Positions 1-11,358 are shown, counted from the first letter of the stretch. The stretch is DNA of 64,000 nt from Promethearchaeia archaeon (GCA_029856125.1 JAHQWJ010000134.1:21783-85782), one strand, 5' to 3'. Notes: generated from the letters alone by a model not told the origin. Program-made: numbers and translations.

Positions 1-1353
1 AAGAATCATTTCTTGTGTCTCAATGCAATTAAATAATTTTAAATTTTCAAATGAGTAAAGTAATTCAGATATAAGATCGAAATTGGTATCCTCTGAGAAT
101 TCAATAAGCTCTAAGTTTCTATAAATTCGTGATATAATACTCTCCAATAAACCGAATTCTTTCAATTTATCCAATGAATTTCTCATATAATTACAAAATA
201 CCACATAATAAGTCGCTTCAGAGGAAACAAAGCCGTCTCTAAATTGTTTAATTCCCTCAGGAGTTATTCTTTGCTCCAATTCTTCTAATACTGCGTATAT
301 ATTTTCGTCGATGTTTCTTGCGTGAATTAAACTATAAATTTTCAAAATAACAACTAACTGGGAGGTCTCTAGGTTCTTCAAAGAAGATGAGTCAAAAAAT
401 TTCGGATCAGTCTCAATTAACTTATTAAGCTGTTCATTTGTAAGCCAGAGCTTCATATATTGTGTTGATTTTAAAAGATAATATACTCCATCAGTGGCTT
501 GTATTAAAGGTGCTTCAAATTCGTCGATCCCTTCTTCGTACAAATTCAATAAAAAATCTTTAACCTTTTTTTTATCTAACTTTATATTTAACTGATCTGC
601 TAAGTACAACCCACAATAATAGAGATCTGGGTTTCTCAATGTAACTAAAGGTATTGTAATTAGCCATTCATCCATATTTTCTGCAAGATAGTTTTTAATG
701 TGAGTGAAATCAAAATTTTTTTCTAAGTGGAAGAAGCTAATGATTCGATAAGTTATGTAAAGAAGTTGTAATTTTTCTTTTGGATCTGGTAGATCCTCTA
801 AAAGCTCAATTTTACTTTTATTTATTCCTAATTTCTTTTCAAGGTTATCTTGTATTTGAAGATACTTTCTTAAATGTTCTTTCTTTACTGGATATTTATT
901 TATTAATTCTTTTAAGTTTTTTAGTTCTACGATAAATTCTAAGCTCAATAAGTTAGCTGACTTCAAATTTAGCATGAATTGGGTCACATTTTTAATGTCA
1001 ACTAAATAGTCAACAATTTTCTCTAAAAAAATCTCGTAAATTATTGGAGCTAATTTTTGATCATATATTCGACGAATCGAAGAGAGACAATCAATTTCTA
1101 TTCGATTAAGGTTAATAAAAGGATCCAAAAAGGCATGCTCTAAATCTTCTTCTTCGAATCCCATTTTTAGTAAATTAGTTTTGAGAATTTCTAAAAGTTT
1201 GGGAAAAGAATTATCCGTATCATTAATGCATAATACATCTGTTTCAGCGAGAACATTAATCTTTTCGTGAAAAAATTGGTCTAATCTGTTAAACAGAGAA
1301 TCCTCGTTGTCTAAGTATAGGCTAGAAATATTTAACAATCCTTGAAAAATCAT
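1..1353 (-). CDS. Hypothetical alpha-helical protein, truncated at the window edge; possible alpha/alpha-toroid (prenyltransferase-like) C-terminal repeats
   Basis: Not in the ORF track. Manual translation gives an open frame from ATG at 1353 (MIFQGLLNISSLYLDNEDSLF...) to base 1 (...ETQEMIL). The segment GIKQFRDGFVSSEATYYVV loosely resembles prenyltransferase/squalene-cyclase repeats. Confidence 0.75.
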   Translation of the reverse strand, partial: MIFQGLLNISSLYLDNEDSLFNRLDQFFHEKINVLAETDVLCINDTDNSFPKLLEILKTNLLKMGFEEEDLEHAFLDPFINLNRIEIDCLSSIRRIYDQKLAPIIYEIFLEKIVDYLVDIKNVTQFMLNLKSANLLSLEFIVELKNLKELINKYPVKKEHLRKYLQIQDNLEKKLGINKSKIELLEDLPDPKEKLQLLYITYRIISFFHLEKNFDFTHIKNYLAENMDEWLITIPLVTLRNPDLYYCGLYLADQLNIKLDKKKVKDFLLNLYEEGIDEFEAPLIQATDGVYYLLKSTQYMKLWLTNEQLNKLIETDPKFFDSSSLKNLETSQLVVILKIYSLIHARNIDENIYAVLEELEQRITPEGIKQFRDGFVSSEATYYVVFCNYMRNSLDKLKEFGLLESIISRIYRNLELIEFSEDTNFDLISELLYSFENLKLFNCIETQEMIL

Positions 1354-1736
1354 TCACATCTACCAGAAATTTTAATACCAGTTTTGCTATTCTCGGTATT
1401 TATTATAGAATATATAGAGAACAGAAATTAATATTTTATTCTTATTTATTATAGCAAAATGAAAATATCTGTAGATTATTATTTAATTGGGCGGTATTAT
1501 TCAAGTATGAAATTTATCAAAATATACTAAAATAATAATAGCTTCTTAATGTCTTTAATATTAGATTTATAACTTTAACTCGTATTAAAAACCCTTCTAT
1601 AAAAATAAAGAATTAACCATTTGAATTTTTATCTTAATGGATACTTGAAATTTGAAAAAATTGCTTCATAAAATTTAAAATTAAAAAAAAATCTCTATAT
1701 TTATATAAGAAAAATATTGAGGCAAAGATAAAAAAT

Positions 1737-3164
1737 ATGACATCAAATATATTTGGTACTTCAGGCATAAGAATGGTGTTCCAAAATTATAGCGAGACAA
1801 ACCTCATGTTTACGCCGCAAATGGCTTTAGATGTGGGATTAGCCCTTGGTACATATTTAAAAGGGGAAGGTGTCGTCGTTATCGGTAAGGATATTAGAAC
1901 ATCTGCATTACCAATAGAATATTCATTAATTTCTGGGATTATAAGTACTGGATGTAATGTGAAAACATTAGGAATTGTAACTACACCCACATTAGCAATG
2001 TCTCAAAGATTTTTAGATGCGAATGCTGGAGTCATGATTACCGCATCTCATAATACACCCGAATATATTGGATTAAAATTTTGGAATCCTTCAGGTATAG
2101 GGTATTCCCACGAGCAAGAAGAAGAAATATCGCGAATATATGACGAGAAGGATTTTCTTGATATCAAATGGGATCAAATTGGAAAAGTTACCTCTGTTAA
2201 TGATATTAACGATAAGCACATTTCAGATATAATGGATCGTATTGCATTTGATGGGAGTAAACTTAATGCTATAGTAGACCCCGGAAACGGAGCGGGATGT
2301 GAAATTGTCCCAAGACTATTAAGTGATTATTGCGTAAATATTATTACAATCAATGCACAAATGGATGGTAAGTTCCCTGGGAGAAATTCAGAACCTAACG
2401 AAAAAAATTTAATTCAAATCTCCAAATTTCTTAAAATATCAACACAAGAAGATATTGGAATAGCGCTAGATGGGGATGCTGATAGAGTTATTTTTTTAGA
2501 TGAAACTGGTGAAATCGTCGATCCAATTAGGTTATTAGCCCTCTTGGCAAAATATTATATACAAAATAATAAAAATGACATTTCTATGAATGATATGAAA
2601 ATATCTACGCCAGTAAACTCATCAAGCTTAATTGAGGATGTGTTAGAACCACTTGGTTGCGAGGTAATAAGAACAGAAGTCGGAGATATTCAAGTAGCTC
2701 AAGCTTTACATAAGAATGGGGGGTTTTTAGGTGGAGAAACATCAGGTACTTATATTTGGCCCAGCTTCCATTTAGGACCAGATTCAATAGTCACAATTGG
2801 AATAGTATTGCAGATGATGGTCAAAACAGGAAAAAGCTTAATAGAATTATTGAAAGAAATTCCAAAATATCCCTATTACCGTAAACAATTTCAGCTTATA
2901 AAAGATATTCCCTTTACTGATGAAATAAACCAAAAAATTATTACTGAGATGAAAGAAAGCTTCGATTCTATGGGAAAAGAATTAAAATCTATTAATCATA
3001 TGGACGGTTGTAGATTCGATTACGATGATGGATGGATTTTAATAAGGCGTTCAGGAACAAGCCCTTATTTAAGAATTTCTGGTGAATCTAGCGTCGATAT
3101 AAATCAATCAATTGAAATGAATAAAACAGCAGAAGACAAAATGAAGAAATTAAATTTAATATAA
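1737..3164 (+). CDS. glmM: Phosphoglucosamine mutase / alpha-D-phosphohexomutase
   Basis: FGTSGIR N-terminus, catalytic TASHN, metal loop DGDADR, GGETSG and RxSGTxP motifs; clustered with glmS. Confidence 0.85.
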   Translation: MTSNIFGTSGIRMVFQNYSETNLMFTPQMALDVGLALGTYLKGEGVVVIGKDIRTSALPIEYSLISGIISTGCNVKTLGIVTTPTLAMSQRFLDANAGVMITASHNTPEYIGLKFWNPSGIGYSHEQEEEISRIYDEKDFLDIKWDQIGKVTSVNDINDKHISDIMDRIAFDGSKLNAIVDPGNGAGCEIVPRLLSDYCVNIITINAQMDGKFPGRNSEPNEKNLIQISKFLKISTQEDIGIALDGDADRVIFLDETGEIVDPIRLLALLAKYYIQNNKNDISMNDMKISTPVNSSSLIEDVLEPLGCEVIRTEVGDIQVAQALHKNGGFLGGETSGTYIWPSFHLGPDSIVTIGIVLQMMVKTGKSLIELLKEIPKYPYYRKQFQLIKDIPFTDEINQKIITEMKESFDSMGKELKSINHMDGCRFDYDDGWILIRRSGTSPYLRISGESSVDINQSIEMNKTAEDKMKKLNLI

Positions 3165-3188
3165 AGCTTTTATTGAAGATTTATTTTT

Positions 3189-4154
3189 TTATTTGAAGTT
3201 AACTGTTTCTATTTCTATTCCTTTTTGTTCGAGCTTTTTTTTGTTAGCAAGAAGTTCTCGACCGGCAATCTTATCCAAAATATAAATTAAATTACCACCT
3301 TTTTCCGAATATATCTGACCATAAGATATTGGAACATCTGGAGTAGATAAATTTAGTAATGATTCAGTAACAGATTCAGTTTTTCGTTCTCCATTAGCTA
3401 ATAACAACACTGTTTTCGACTTATAGACTAGCTCAGCACCCATACTAATAGCATAACGAGGACATTCATTTTCTGAGTTAAATTGTCCATCGATTACTGC
3501 ATTAGTTAATGTATTTTTATCAAGTTTTATTAACATGACTTTACTTCCTTCAAAGGGAATACCGGATTCATGGAATGCGACATGACCACGTCCACCAACT
3601 CCTATTATTTGTAAATCAATACCACCTGATTTTTCAATTTTTTGGGCATATCCATCTAAAACTATTTTGCGAATCCAGTTTAAGTATTCAGAAGACGTAT
3701 TATCTTTAATAATAATTGACTTTCCTGAGTCAGTTCCTAATTCGGTCCAATCTTCAGGATGGGATGATAATTCTTCAATAAGTTTTTTTTGATCAATTAA
3801 GCAAGCATAAGGTAAAGTTGTTTCAATGAATTTATTGTTAAGAAGCCCAAAGAATTCTTTAATCATAAAGTAGCAATAACTTTGTGGGTGTATCGTGCGT
3901 TGTTGAGCATTTTCTCCCGGAAGACCAATATATTCATCGAGATTAAAACTACGAACCCTACTGCTGTCGAATTTCTTAGCGTTTGCCATTTGGGCAAGTT
4001 CTTTATAAAGACCCGTTGGTGAATTTCCTGTTGCAAGCCCTAAAACATATTCCTCCTTGTCTTGTAATCCTTGGATGATATGTTCTTTTACGATTTCTGC
4101 CGCAACCTTACTTAGCTGTTCAAAATTATCTGTTACAATTACTTTAATCGCCAT
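3189..4154 (-). CDS. nagB: Glucosamine-6-phosphate deaminase
   Basis: VLGLATGNSP, FNLDEY, GGIDLQIIGVGGRGHVAFHE and AISMG motifs, with an internal insertion. Confidence 0.85.
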   Translation of the reverse strand: MAIKVIVTDNFEQLSKVAAEIVKEHIIQGLQDKEEYVLGLATGNSPTGLYKELAQMANAKKFDSSRVRSFNLDEYIGLPGENAQQRTIHPQSYCYFMIKEFFGLLNNKFIETTLPYACLIDQKKLIEELSSHPEDWTELGTDSGKSIIIKDNTSSEYLNWIRKIVLDGYAQKIEKSGGIDLQIIGVGGRGHVAFHESGIPFEGSKVMLIKLDKNTLTNAVIDGQFNSENECPRYAISMGAELVYKSKTVLLLANGERKTESVTESLLNLSTPDVPISYGQIYSEKGGNLIYILDKIAGRELLANKKKLEQKGIEIETVNFK

Positions 4155-4293
4155 AAATAATTCCTCTAAATATATTTTATACTAAAAAAAGTTCTCTTTA
4201 ATAAAAATTTAATTATAGGGACTTCACAAATTACATTTGTTATAACTTCCTTCTGGCAAAATTTTTATTTTTCTTATTCTTTTCTATTTTTAA

Positions 4294-6147
4294 ATGTGTG
4301 GTATTTTTGGAATAGTTACAAAGAATCAAGAAATCTCTGTAGGAAAAGTTGTCTTCGAAGGAATAAAACGTCTAGAATACCGTGGTTATGATTCATGTGG
4401 CATTGTTTCACTTTACAATTCAAAACTATTTATTAAAAAAGAAGCCGGAAAAATTGATGATATTCATAAAAAAGTCAAATTAGATGAGTTTCCTAGTGGT
4501 TCAAAACTTGCGTTAGCCCATTCAAGATGGGCTACACATGGGGCACCTACTAAACAAAATAGCCACCCCCATTTAGATTGTTTAAGCAAGATTGCAGTTG
4601 TACATAATGGGATAATAGAGAATTTTTTAGAATTACGAGATGAGCTCACTTCTATAGGACATACATTTAAATCTGAAACTGATTCCGAAGTCATTCCCCA
4701 TTTAATTGAAGATTTTATGAAAAAAGGTGATAATCTTAAGGTTGCTACTATTAACGCATTAAAAAAATGCAAAGGATCATATGCAATTGCAGTCTGTCAG
4801 ATTAATAATCCTGATTTAATTATAGTTGCTCGAAAAGAATCTCCTTTAATAATTGGAATAGAAGAGGGAAAAACAACTTATTGTTCTTCAGATATTCCTG
4901 CTTTTTTACCCTATACTAAAAAATGTTATATCATGGAAGATAACGAACTTGCTGTTTTGAAAGCGGGAGAAGTAAAATTTTTTGATCTTAAAAACGATAA
5001 TGAATTGATAATAAAAAAAATACAAACTATTGAATGGAATATTGATGCTGCGGAAAAGGGCGGTTATGAGCATTTTATGCTGAAAGAAATTTTCGAAGAA
5101 CCGAATGCATTAAGGTTTACTATGAAAATTTCAGAGCAACTTTTAAGTAAGTTTGCAAACGCTTTATTATCAGCAGATAACATATATATCACAGCAGCAG
5201 GTACATCTTATCACGCAGCACTAGCAGGAAAATTTATAATTTCTAGATTTCTTGGTAAAAACATTCAAGATATAGAATGTTCTGAATTTGAGACTCAATT
5301 AACAGGTAATTTACAAAATAATTCCGTAATTATTGCAATCTCACAATCAGGTGAAACGATTGATACGATTGAAGCGATTAGATGGGCAAAAAAGACAAAA
5401 ACTGTCAAAATCTTAACGATTACTAATGTAGTAGGCTCATCAATTACTAGGTATTCCGATCACGTGATCGTTACAAATGCAGGACCCGAGATTGGTGTTG
5501 CAGCAACAAAAACGTATAGCACGCAAGTTCTTGCTCTTGCTCTGATAGCAGTTTCAATCGCAAAAATTCGAAGAGTAATATCTGATGAAGAAATAATAAA
5601 ATACTACGATGCTTTAGCTGGAATTCCTAATATCATTGAAAAATTCCTTGAAAAAAATGTTGATTTAATCAAATATATCGTAAACAATTTAGAAAAAAAT
5701 ATGAATTATTTCTTTTTAGCAAGAGGTATTTCAATCGCAACTGCCAAAGAAGGAGGATTAAAATTAAAAGAAGTTGCCTGTCGTTTCATCGAAGGTTATT
5801 CAGCAGCTTCTGCTAAACATGGGCCAATTTCATTAGTAAGAGAAGGATTCCCTATAATTTTTATTGCTCCACCTGACGAGACATATAATAGATTAGTTGG
5901 GAATGTAATGGAGTTCAAATCTAGAGGTGGAATGATTATTTCTGTCGTTGTGGAAAACGATGAAAAAATAACAAAATTAAGTGATATAACAATTCGAATT
6001 CCTCAACCCGCAGATAAATATCATAATCTTTTCAGTCCAATTACTTTCATGCCGGCCTTACAATTATTAGCCTATTACGCTGCCTTAGCTCACGATCTAG
6101 ACCCTGATAAGCCACAAAATCTTAGTAAGACTGTAACAGTTCATTAA
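4294..6147 (+). CDS. glmS: Glutamine--fructose-6-phosphate aminotransferase (isomerizing)
   Basis: MCGIFG N-terminal nucleophile, LEYRGYDS, HSRWATHG, HNGIIEN, SQSGET, AATKT, LKLKE, KHGP and C-terminal PQNLSKTVTV. Confidence 0.96.
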   Translation: MCGIFGIVTKNQEISVGKVVFEGIKRLEYRGYDSCGIVSLYNSKLFIKKEAGKIDDIHKKVKLDEFPSGSKLALAHSRWATHGAPTKQNSHPHLDCLSKIAVVHNGIIENFLELRDELTSIGHTFKSETDSEVIPHLIEDFMKKGDNLKVATINALKKCKGSYAIAVCQINNPDLIIVARKESPLIIGIEEGKTTYCSSDIPAFLPYTKKCYIMEDNELAVLKAGEVKFFDLKNDNELIIKKIQTIEWNIDAAEKGGYEHFMLKEIFEEPNALRFTMKISEQLLSKFANALLSADNIYITAAGTSYHAALAGKFIISRFLGKNIQDIECSEFETQLTGNLQNNSVIIAISQSGETIDTIEAIRWAKKTKTVKILTITNVVGSSITRYSDHVIVTNAGPEIGVAATKTYSTQVLALALIAVSIAKIRRVISDEEIIKYYDALAGIPNIIEKFLEKNVDLIKYIVNNLEKNMNYFFLARGISIATAKEGGLKLKEVACRFIEGYSAASAKHGPISLVREGFPIIFIAPPDETYNRLVGNVMEFKSRGGMIISVVVENDEKITKLSDITIRIPQPADKYHNLFSPITFMPALQLLAYYAALAHDLDPDKPQNLSKTVTVH

Positions 6148-6161
6148 AGAAAAGACTATTG

Positions 6162-7415
6162 TTAAATAAAAGATGGAAGATATTTTAATAGGGTATTTCG
6201 AGTATTTTCAACTATACTTAGAAGCCAAGAAGTTCCAACTTTTGAATTATGTTCATTTAAATCTTTTATTACAGTGATATAATCATTCCCGGTTTTCTTA
6301 TAGATGTTATCTAGATTCTTCAAAAATTCATCTCTCCCTTTCTCATTACCCGAATATGATAGACATTCATTAAAACTATTTTCAATTTTTTGTATATTCT
6401 CAACAAGTTCTCTTTTTTGATTTAACAGTTCTTCCGATACGTTATTACCCATAACCGATTTATATAATTCTATAGATTTTTTCATCTTATTAGCTAGTTG
6501 TTTGAATCTTTTAATTCTCTCATTGAAAATAAGCTCGAGCTTTTCAACCGCACCCTCATAAAGCAATTTTTCCATATCACTTCCTTGATAGAACTTAGAA
6601 CGTACAATTATGTACCATTGTCTAAGAGCTATTATATTTGCGATATATTCAATACTATTTATGACTCTTCTTTTAACGCTCCAATATAGTCCAGGATAGA
6701 AATCCATATCCTCTTTTTGAGATTCTTTACCCATTAAAAGTGTATGCCCTTGAGGACAATCTCCTCGGTAAATAACTCCAGCTGCAATTACTGTCTTATA
6801 CCCTATCCGACTTGGACCTACTATTCCTCCTTGTCCTCCTAAAAAGATAGGAGGTTGATTGAGCATAACCCCATATGCTACATCTCCAATTAGAGATGCA
6901 GTTGCTTTATCCTGATTAGGTGTATAATTAAAATGAATATATGAACTGCCCACTTCACTATGGTTTCTTCTGTCTGTTCCGCCTGCCATTAAAATGTCAC
7001 AAAAATTGACAATGCTCCCTAATGTCACAAATGGAAAAAGGATTGTTTGTTTAAGACCTACTGTGTGAGCACCGTTAGCTTCCTCCTCCAGAAGACATCC
7101 TTCTCGGACTTCAGCGCCATCACCCATATTCGCAGAATCCAGAAATGTTGATCCTTCAAAGTACCCACCTTTTAATTCTACATTTTTCCCTAATTGACAA
7201 TTTTTAATAGTAACTGGAGATCTACTGCCCAGCTTAACTCCCGGCATAATAAGTGTCCTTTTGCCAAATATTTTACAGCCTGAGTGTATTGTAACATCCT
7301 CAGATGATATCAGATTAATGTTGACTTCTTCGCTTATTTCAACCGAAGAAGGATTTGGTATTTTGACTCCTTTTTCAATTAAAGCAGTAATTAATGAGTT
7401 TTCATTATATACCAT
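6162..7415 (-). CDS. GlmU-related left-handed beta-helix protein (putative glucosamine-1-phosphate N-acetyltransferase), without a uridyltransferase domain
   Basis: Hexapeptide-like repeats; REGCLLEEEANGAHTVGLKQT and HFNYTPNQDKAT resemble the GlmU C-terminal domain; next to glmS. Confidence 0.65.
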   Translation of the reverse strand: MVYNENSLITALIEKGVKIPNPSSVEISEEVNINLISSEDVTIHSGCKIFGKRTLIMPGVKLGSRSPVTIKNCQLGKNVELKGGYFEGSTFLDSANMGDGAEVREGCLLEEEANGAHTVGLKQTILFPFVTLGSIVNFCDILMAGGTDRRNHSEVGSSYIHFNYTPNQDKATASLIGDVAYGVMLNQPPIFLGGQGGIVGPSRIGYKTVIAAGVIYRGDCPQGHTLLMGKESQKEDMDFYPGLYWSVKRRVINSIEYIANIIALRQWYIIVRSKFYQGSDMEKLLYEGAVEKLELIFNERIKRFKQLANKMKKSIELYKSVMGNNVSEELLNQKRELVENIQKIENSFNECLSYSGNEKGRDEFLKNLDNIYKKTGNDYITVIKDLNEHNSKVGTSWLLSIVENTRNTLLKYLPSFI

Positions 7416-7512
7416 ATGCTATGATCTCTTTTTTGGTTCATCTTTCTCATTTTATTTATAATAAACAAATTTTTAAATCTAGCAAAAACAGATAACTTCT
7501 ATTTAAAGCTTT

Positions 7513-9003
7513 TTACATTTTATCAACACGAAATATGTGGCTCTTCCAACCCTCTAGTTCGACATATAACCCATTTTCATCGAGGTTCGTCCCTTTATAC
7601 TTATACTCTTTTTCATTTAGTAAATCTGTAAAGCACCAATCAGAAATTCCATAAGCAATTTCTTTTATTATTATATGAGCCTTGGAAAGATTTGGATTAT
7701 AGTTGACTACGATCAATAATCTCTGATCGCCTTTTAGCCATTGATATGAGATAATATCTTTAAATGAAGTATCGTTTGAATCCGTAGGTTCTACACCACA
7801 TAAAAGCCATTTTGCATCATCCCAATCTTTTCCAGGAATGATCTTTAAAAGTTTATCGTAGAATTCCGTAATTACTATATTGTCTTCTTCAGTAGGGCCT
7901 CGTCCTAACTGTACCGGTATCTTAATTTCGTATCCGTGTGTTTGGCCTTCATAAATCAGTCTCGCCCCCGGTAATGTTGATGTAATGATTGAAGCAGCCA
8001 TCGAAGCATTAGCTCCAAATGCTACTGCCGCTCTTGGTTCGTCGTGATTTTCAATAAATCGAAGTAGTTTATTTTGGTAATTTATATCAGCGTTAAGATG
8101 TTCTTTTATACTTTGAACATTAGATTTTATTAAACGCTCGTATAACCTTTTATCGTAACAAAAATCAAACCCTTGTTGAATCAAATCCCATTCCATATCC
8201 CAATAAACTTCAGCAATAAACTTAAAGTTTGGATATTTTTTCTTAACTGAGGATATGATATCTACCCAATACTCATTCTCAAGGGGTAAACCTGCTTTTT
8301 CACCCCAAGTTTTTTTGAACACATCATTAACCATTAACATTGCCATATCACACCTAACACCATCACACTGCTCTGCAATCGAAAGTAGAGTGTTGACCGC
8401 TTTGGAACGCGCCTCAGAAGAAAATGCATTTATTTGAACCGTGTCTGTCCAAGGGGGAAAATTAGGATCTTTACCGTGAGCATATACGGTATCTCCTATA
8501 GAAAAAAAATCGTAAGGTTTGGTCATTAAGTCTTCTAAAGTTCCTTTTATAAACACATCTGATTTCTCAAGCGTCCAAAGATGATCAATCGAAACGTGAT
8601 TAGGTACGTAATCTAAAATAAGTAGTAAATCGTTATCCTTTAAATCGGCTCTAAATGATTTGAGAGCATCAGAACCTCCTAATTGAGAACTAACATGATA
8701 ATAATACACCGAATAAGGAGACCCCACAACATCTTGGGTACTATAATATCTCAATGCTTTACGATACTCTTCTTGTAAGCCCTCATGATTCATTGCAATT
8801 TCTCTCCCTATAGGACTACGTTCCCAAACACCCATCAACCATACGACATCAAATAAAGTTAATTCTTGATCTATAATTTCAATGGGTATTGAATCAAGTT
8901 TAATATTATGACCATAAATATTAGAAAAATCCGTTAACCACGGCCATGTATTAATCTCGAATATTTTTGGATGGACTGGCCAAGAAAGTTCTTTAGTAGG
9001 CAT
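7513..9003 (-). CDS. Glycoside hydrolase family 13 (alpha-amylase family)
   Basis: LDYVPNH, catalytic GVRCDMA, FIAEVYW and FIENHDE motifs. Confidence 0.9.
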   Translation of the reverse strand: MPTKELSWPVHPKIFEINTWPWLTDFSNIYGHNIKLDSIPIEIIDQELTLFDVVWLMGVWERSPIGREIAMNHEGLQEEYRKALRYYSTQDVVGSPYSVYYYHVSSQLGGSDALKSFRADLKDNDLLLILDYVPNHVSIDHLWTLEKSDVFIKGTLEDLMTKPYDFFSIGDTVYAHGKDPNFPPWTDTVQINAFSSEARSKAVNTLLSIAEQCDGVRCDMAMLMVNDVFKKTWGEKAGLPLENEYWVDIISSVKKKYPNFKFIAEVYWDMEWDLIQQGFDFCYDKRLYERLIKSNVQSIKEHLNADINYQNKLLRFIENHDEPRAAVAFGANASMAASIITSTLPGARLIYEGQTHGYEIKIPVQLGRGPTEEDNIVITEFYDKLLKIIPGKDWDDAKWLLCGVEPTDSNDTSFKDIISYQWLKGDQRLLIVVNYNPNLSKAHIIIKEIAYGISDWCFTDLLNEKEYKYKGTNLDENGLYVELEGWKSHIFRVDKM

Positions 9004-9196
9004 GATTATTCTTATTATTATATTTTTGAGGATTAATAACTATTTAATATACCACTTAATTTAAAAAATGAATTTTATTATATACAAAATTATAGATTAA
9101 ATATCAAAGTGTAATTTTTTGTTATTTTTTAAGTATAAATATATATAAATTATTAGATAATCATACTATAATTAAGAAAAATAAAAGAAGTGTGTT

Positions 9197-9772
9197 TTGA
9201 AAGTGAGTGAAGAGAAGGATGCAATAAGAAAGTTGATAATGCTCATTTCTGATCTTCGAGCTAAGGATGAAGAACGTTATGAAGCCCATGTCAATTTTAT
9301 GAACGAGACAATTAAAATGATTACCGCTATCGAATCCCAGATGAACAAGCACTGGTCAACGGTATTAGATTCTCTCAAAGAATTGAATGAAAATATCAAC
9401 GATAATTTGGATTCATTACTTACGGGAATTAACCCTAAAGGGCTTAGAGAAACGTCTAAATCTCTTCAAGAAATTATGGACACAATGAATAAAAGCGTAC
9501 AATCAATGAATTTGGAGAAAGTACTTAGCGAGCTTAAAGTTTTAAAAGGTTCTACAACTGTCAACGCACAACTTGTTTCTCAAACCCTTCCAATTGGTCA
9601 AACACCAGAACCAATAACTGCCGATATTAACTTAAACCCTCCAGCTGGGGCTTCTGCAACAACAGAGGAACAAGAAGTTTATGGATTTGTTCCTGGAAAA
9701 AAGAAGAAAAAGAAAGAAGAGGAAGAGTCTGAGCCTCACTTGATGCGCCCTTCTGATCTTTTTAAAAAGTAG
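9197..9772 (+). CDS. Hypothetical protein: helical/coiled-coil N-terminus and low-complexity tail
   Basis: 191-aa ORF with a heptad-rich N-half and a Pro-rich, K/E-run C-tail. Confidence 0.7.
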   Translation: MKVSEEKDAIRKLIMLISDLRAKDEERYEAHVNFMNETIKMITAIESQMNKHWSTVLDSLKELNENINDNLDSLLTGINPKGLRETSKSLQEIMDTMNKSVQSMNLEKVLSELKVLKGSTTVNAQLVSQTLPIGQTPEPITADINLNPPAGASATTEEQEVYGFVPGKKKKKKEEEESEPHLMRPSDLFKK

Positions 9773-9993
9773 GAACAGCAGTAGGTTCGGAACTAATTTA
9801 AGTTTCTCTCAACTCGTTTAAATATGCTATTTGTTTAGTATATAGTAGAAAGAAAGATAATAAATATTCTCTGTTTGCTCTGACCATTTAATTTTCTGGT
9901 TTCTTGTTGAATTGGTATCTGTTTATTATATAATTAATGCATAAAAATCTTAATAGAATTTAAGATATTTTTTGTTTTAGGTATTATTCATGT

Positions 9994-11358
9994 TTAAGAA
10001 TTTCTTGTATCTATTAATCGTTCCATAAATGGCATTAGAGTTGTTCTAACTTGTTCTATATTTTCACCGATTTTTTTGAATTTGATAACTATTGCTGGTA
10101 TGTTATACTCTGCTTTTAGTTTTTCTTTTAGCTTATCATAAATTTTTGAGGTTGATGGGCACCCATATACTTGATTGAAAATCAATCCATCAATGTTCAT
10201 GTTTTCAGCAGTTTTTAAATACGAATTAGTCATGTTTTCATCGTCGCATCCTATTCCTTTTTTTGAAGCGTTTAGTAGAAAACGCGCGTATTCTTCTATA
10301 GGATCAGATTTATGAGATATGGGAATTTCTTCTAAAAATCCTAACACATCCCAATCGGCATAAATTATCCTACCCCCTAATTTGTAGATAATTTCATGAA
10401 TTTCTGGTTCCCATCCTTGATACATGGGAGCAAATAGCAACCTTGGCATATGAGAAACGTCCATTCCTACACCCTTTCTAATCCTTTCTCTCATCTCTTT
10501 AACTAAATGGCTTAAATTTTCTAAGTATCTTTGAGAGTTTGAATTATAATCTTGGAATGTGATAGTTAGGAGCGCTAAAATTTCTGCGAATGTAGCCGGA
10601 TTGCATGGATAAAAGTTAGAATCGCTAATCTCGTAAAGGATAGTTTTATAAAATCGTTTTACTTGATTGCCAATACGAAATTGCTTCTGTAAACTATTAT
10701 CTGATACAAAGTTTCCCGTGATCTTCTCTAGTTCACTAATTCCGTTCTTAACATTATTAATCATTTCCTTTAAAGCAATATCTTCATTATCTGAATTCTT
10801 TGAAGGAACATCGATTATGATTTGACTCGGTACTGTCGTTTTTAGCGATTCTGAAAAAGTATTCCAGCTACCACATCGCATTGCGAATGTAAGATTAGCG
10901 TCTAAATTTTTACCTTTAGATTTATGCATTCCATAAAGAGCGTTAATCCCGTAACATAATTCCGAAGGAACGCCATTACTAACGCCTATGTCATACATCT
11001 CATTATATTTGCTATTAATACTGGTAATGACATCTTCAAGTATCTTATCAACAATTTTTAACACGTCAAATTGGCGAGCGAACTCAAGGAATTTAGAAGT
11101 TAAATCCCATCCTAATACAGATGTAGCAGATTGCAAAGGCATCAAATACTTGCTAACTTCGAAGGTTTCCATTCGAATTGGGAATACGGGGACTGCACCA
11201 ACTGCAAAAGCTAAATCAGGAAATCCTAAAGCAACTGAAATGAGTTTTTTCTTCTCTCTAATTTTTTTTTTCCGTAAATAATCTCTACCCGTCAAAAAGT
11301 TTGAAGCCATTTTTAGAACAGATGTAAAGCTTATAACATCATCAGCGTATATGCTCGT
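9994..11358 (-). CDS. 2-hydroxyacyl-CoA dehydratase family subunit (HgdA/FldB-like), paralogue 2; probable start at ACG 11358 (first ATG at 11310)
   Basis: Collinear with 19240..20598 and keeps the Cys ligands ELCYG, MRCG and YGCP. The 16 codons upstream of ATG 11310 (ACG-SIYADDVISFTSVLK) align with the paralogue's MSLIADEIITFSSVLR. Confidence 0.8.
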   Translation of the reverse strand, partial: TSIYADDVISFTSVLKMASNFLTGRDYLRKKKIREKKKLISVALGFPDLAFAVGAVPVFPIRMETFEVSKYLMPLQSATSVLGWDLTSKFLEFARQFDVLKIVDKILEDVITSINSKYNEMYDIGVSNGVPSELCYGINALYGMHKSKGKNLDANLTFAMRCGSWNTFSESLKTTVPSQIIIDVPSKNSDNEDIALKEMINNVKNGISELEKITGNFVSDNSLQKQFRIGNQVKRFYKTILYEISDSNFYPCNPATFAEILALLTITFQDYNSNSQRYLENLSHLVKEMRERIRKGVGMDVSHMPRLLFAPMYQGWEPEIHEIIYKLGGRIIYADWDVLGFLEEIPISHKSDPIEEYARFLLNASKKGIGCDDENMTNSYLKTAENMNIDGLIFNQVYGCPSTSKIYDKLKEKLKAEYNIPAIVIKFKKIGENIEQVRTTLMPFMERLIDTRNS

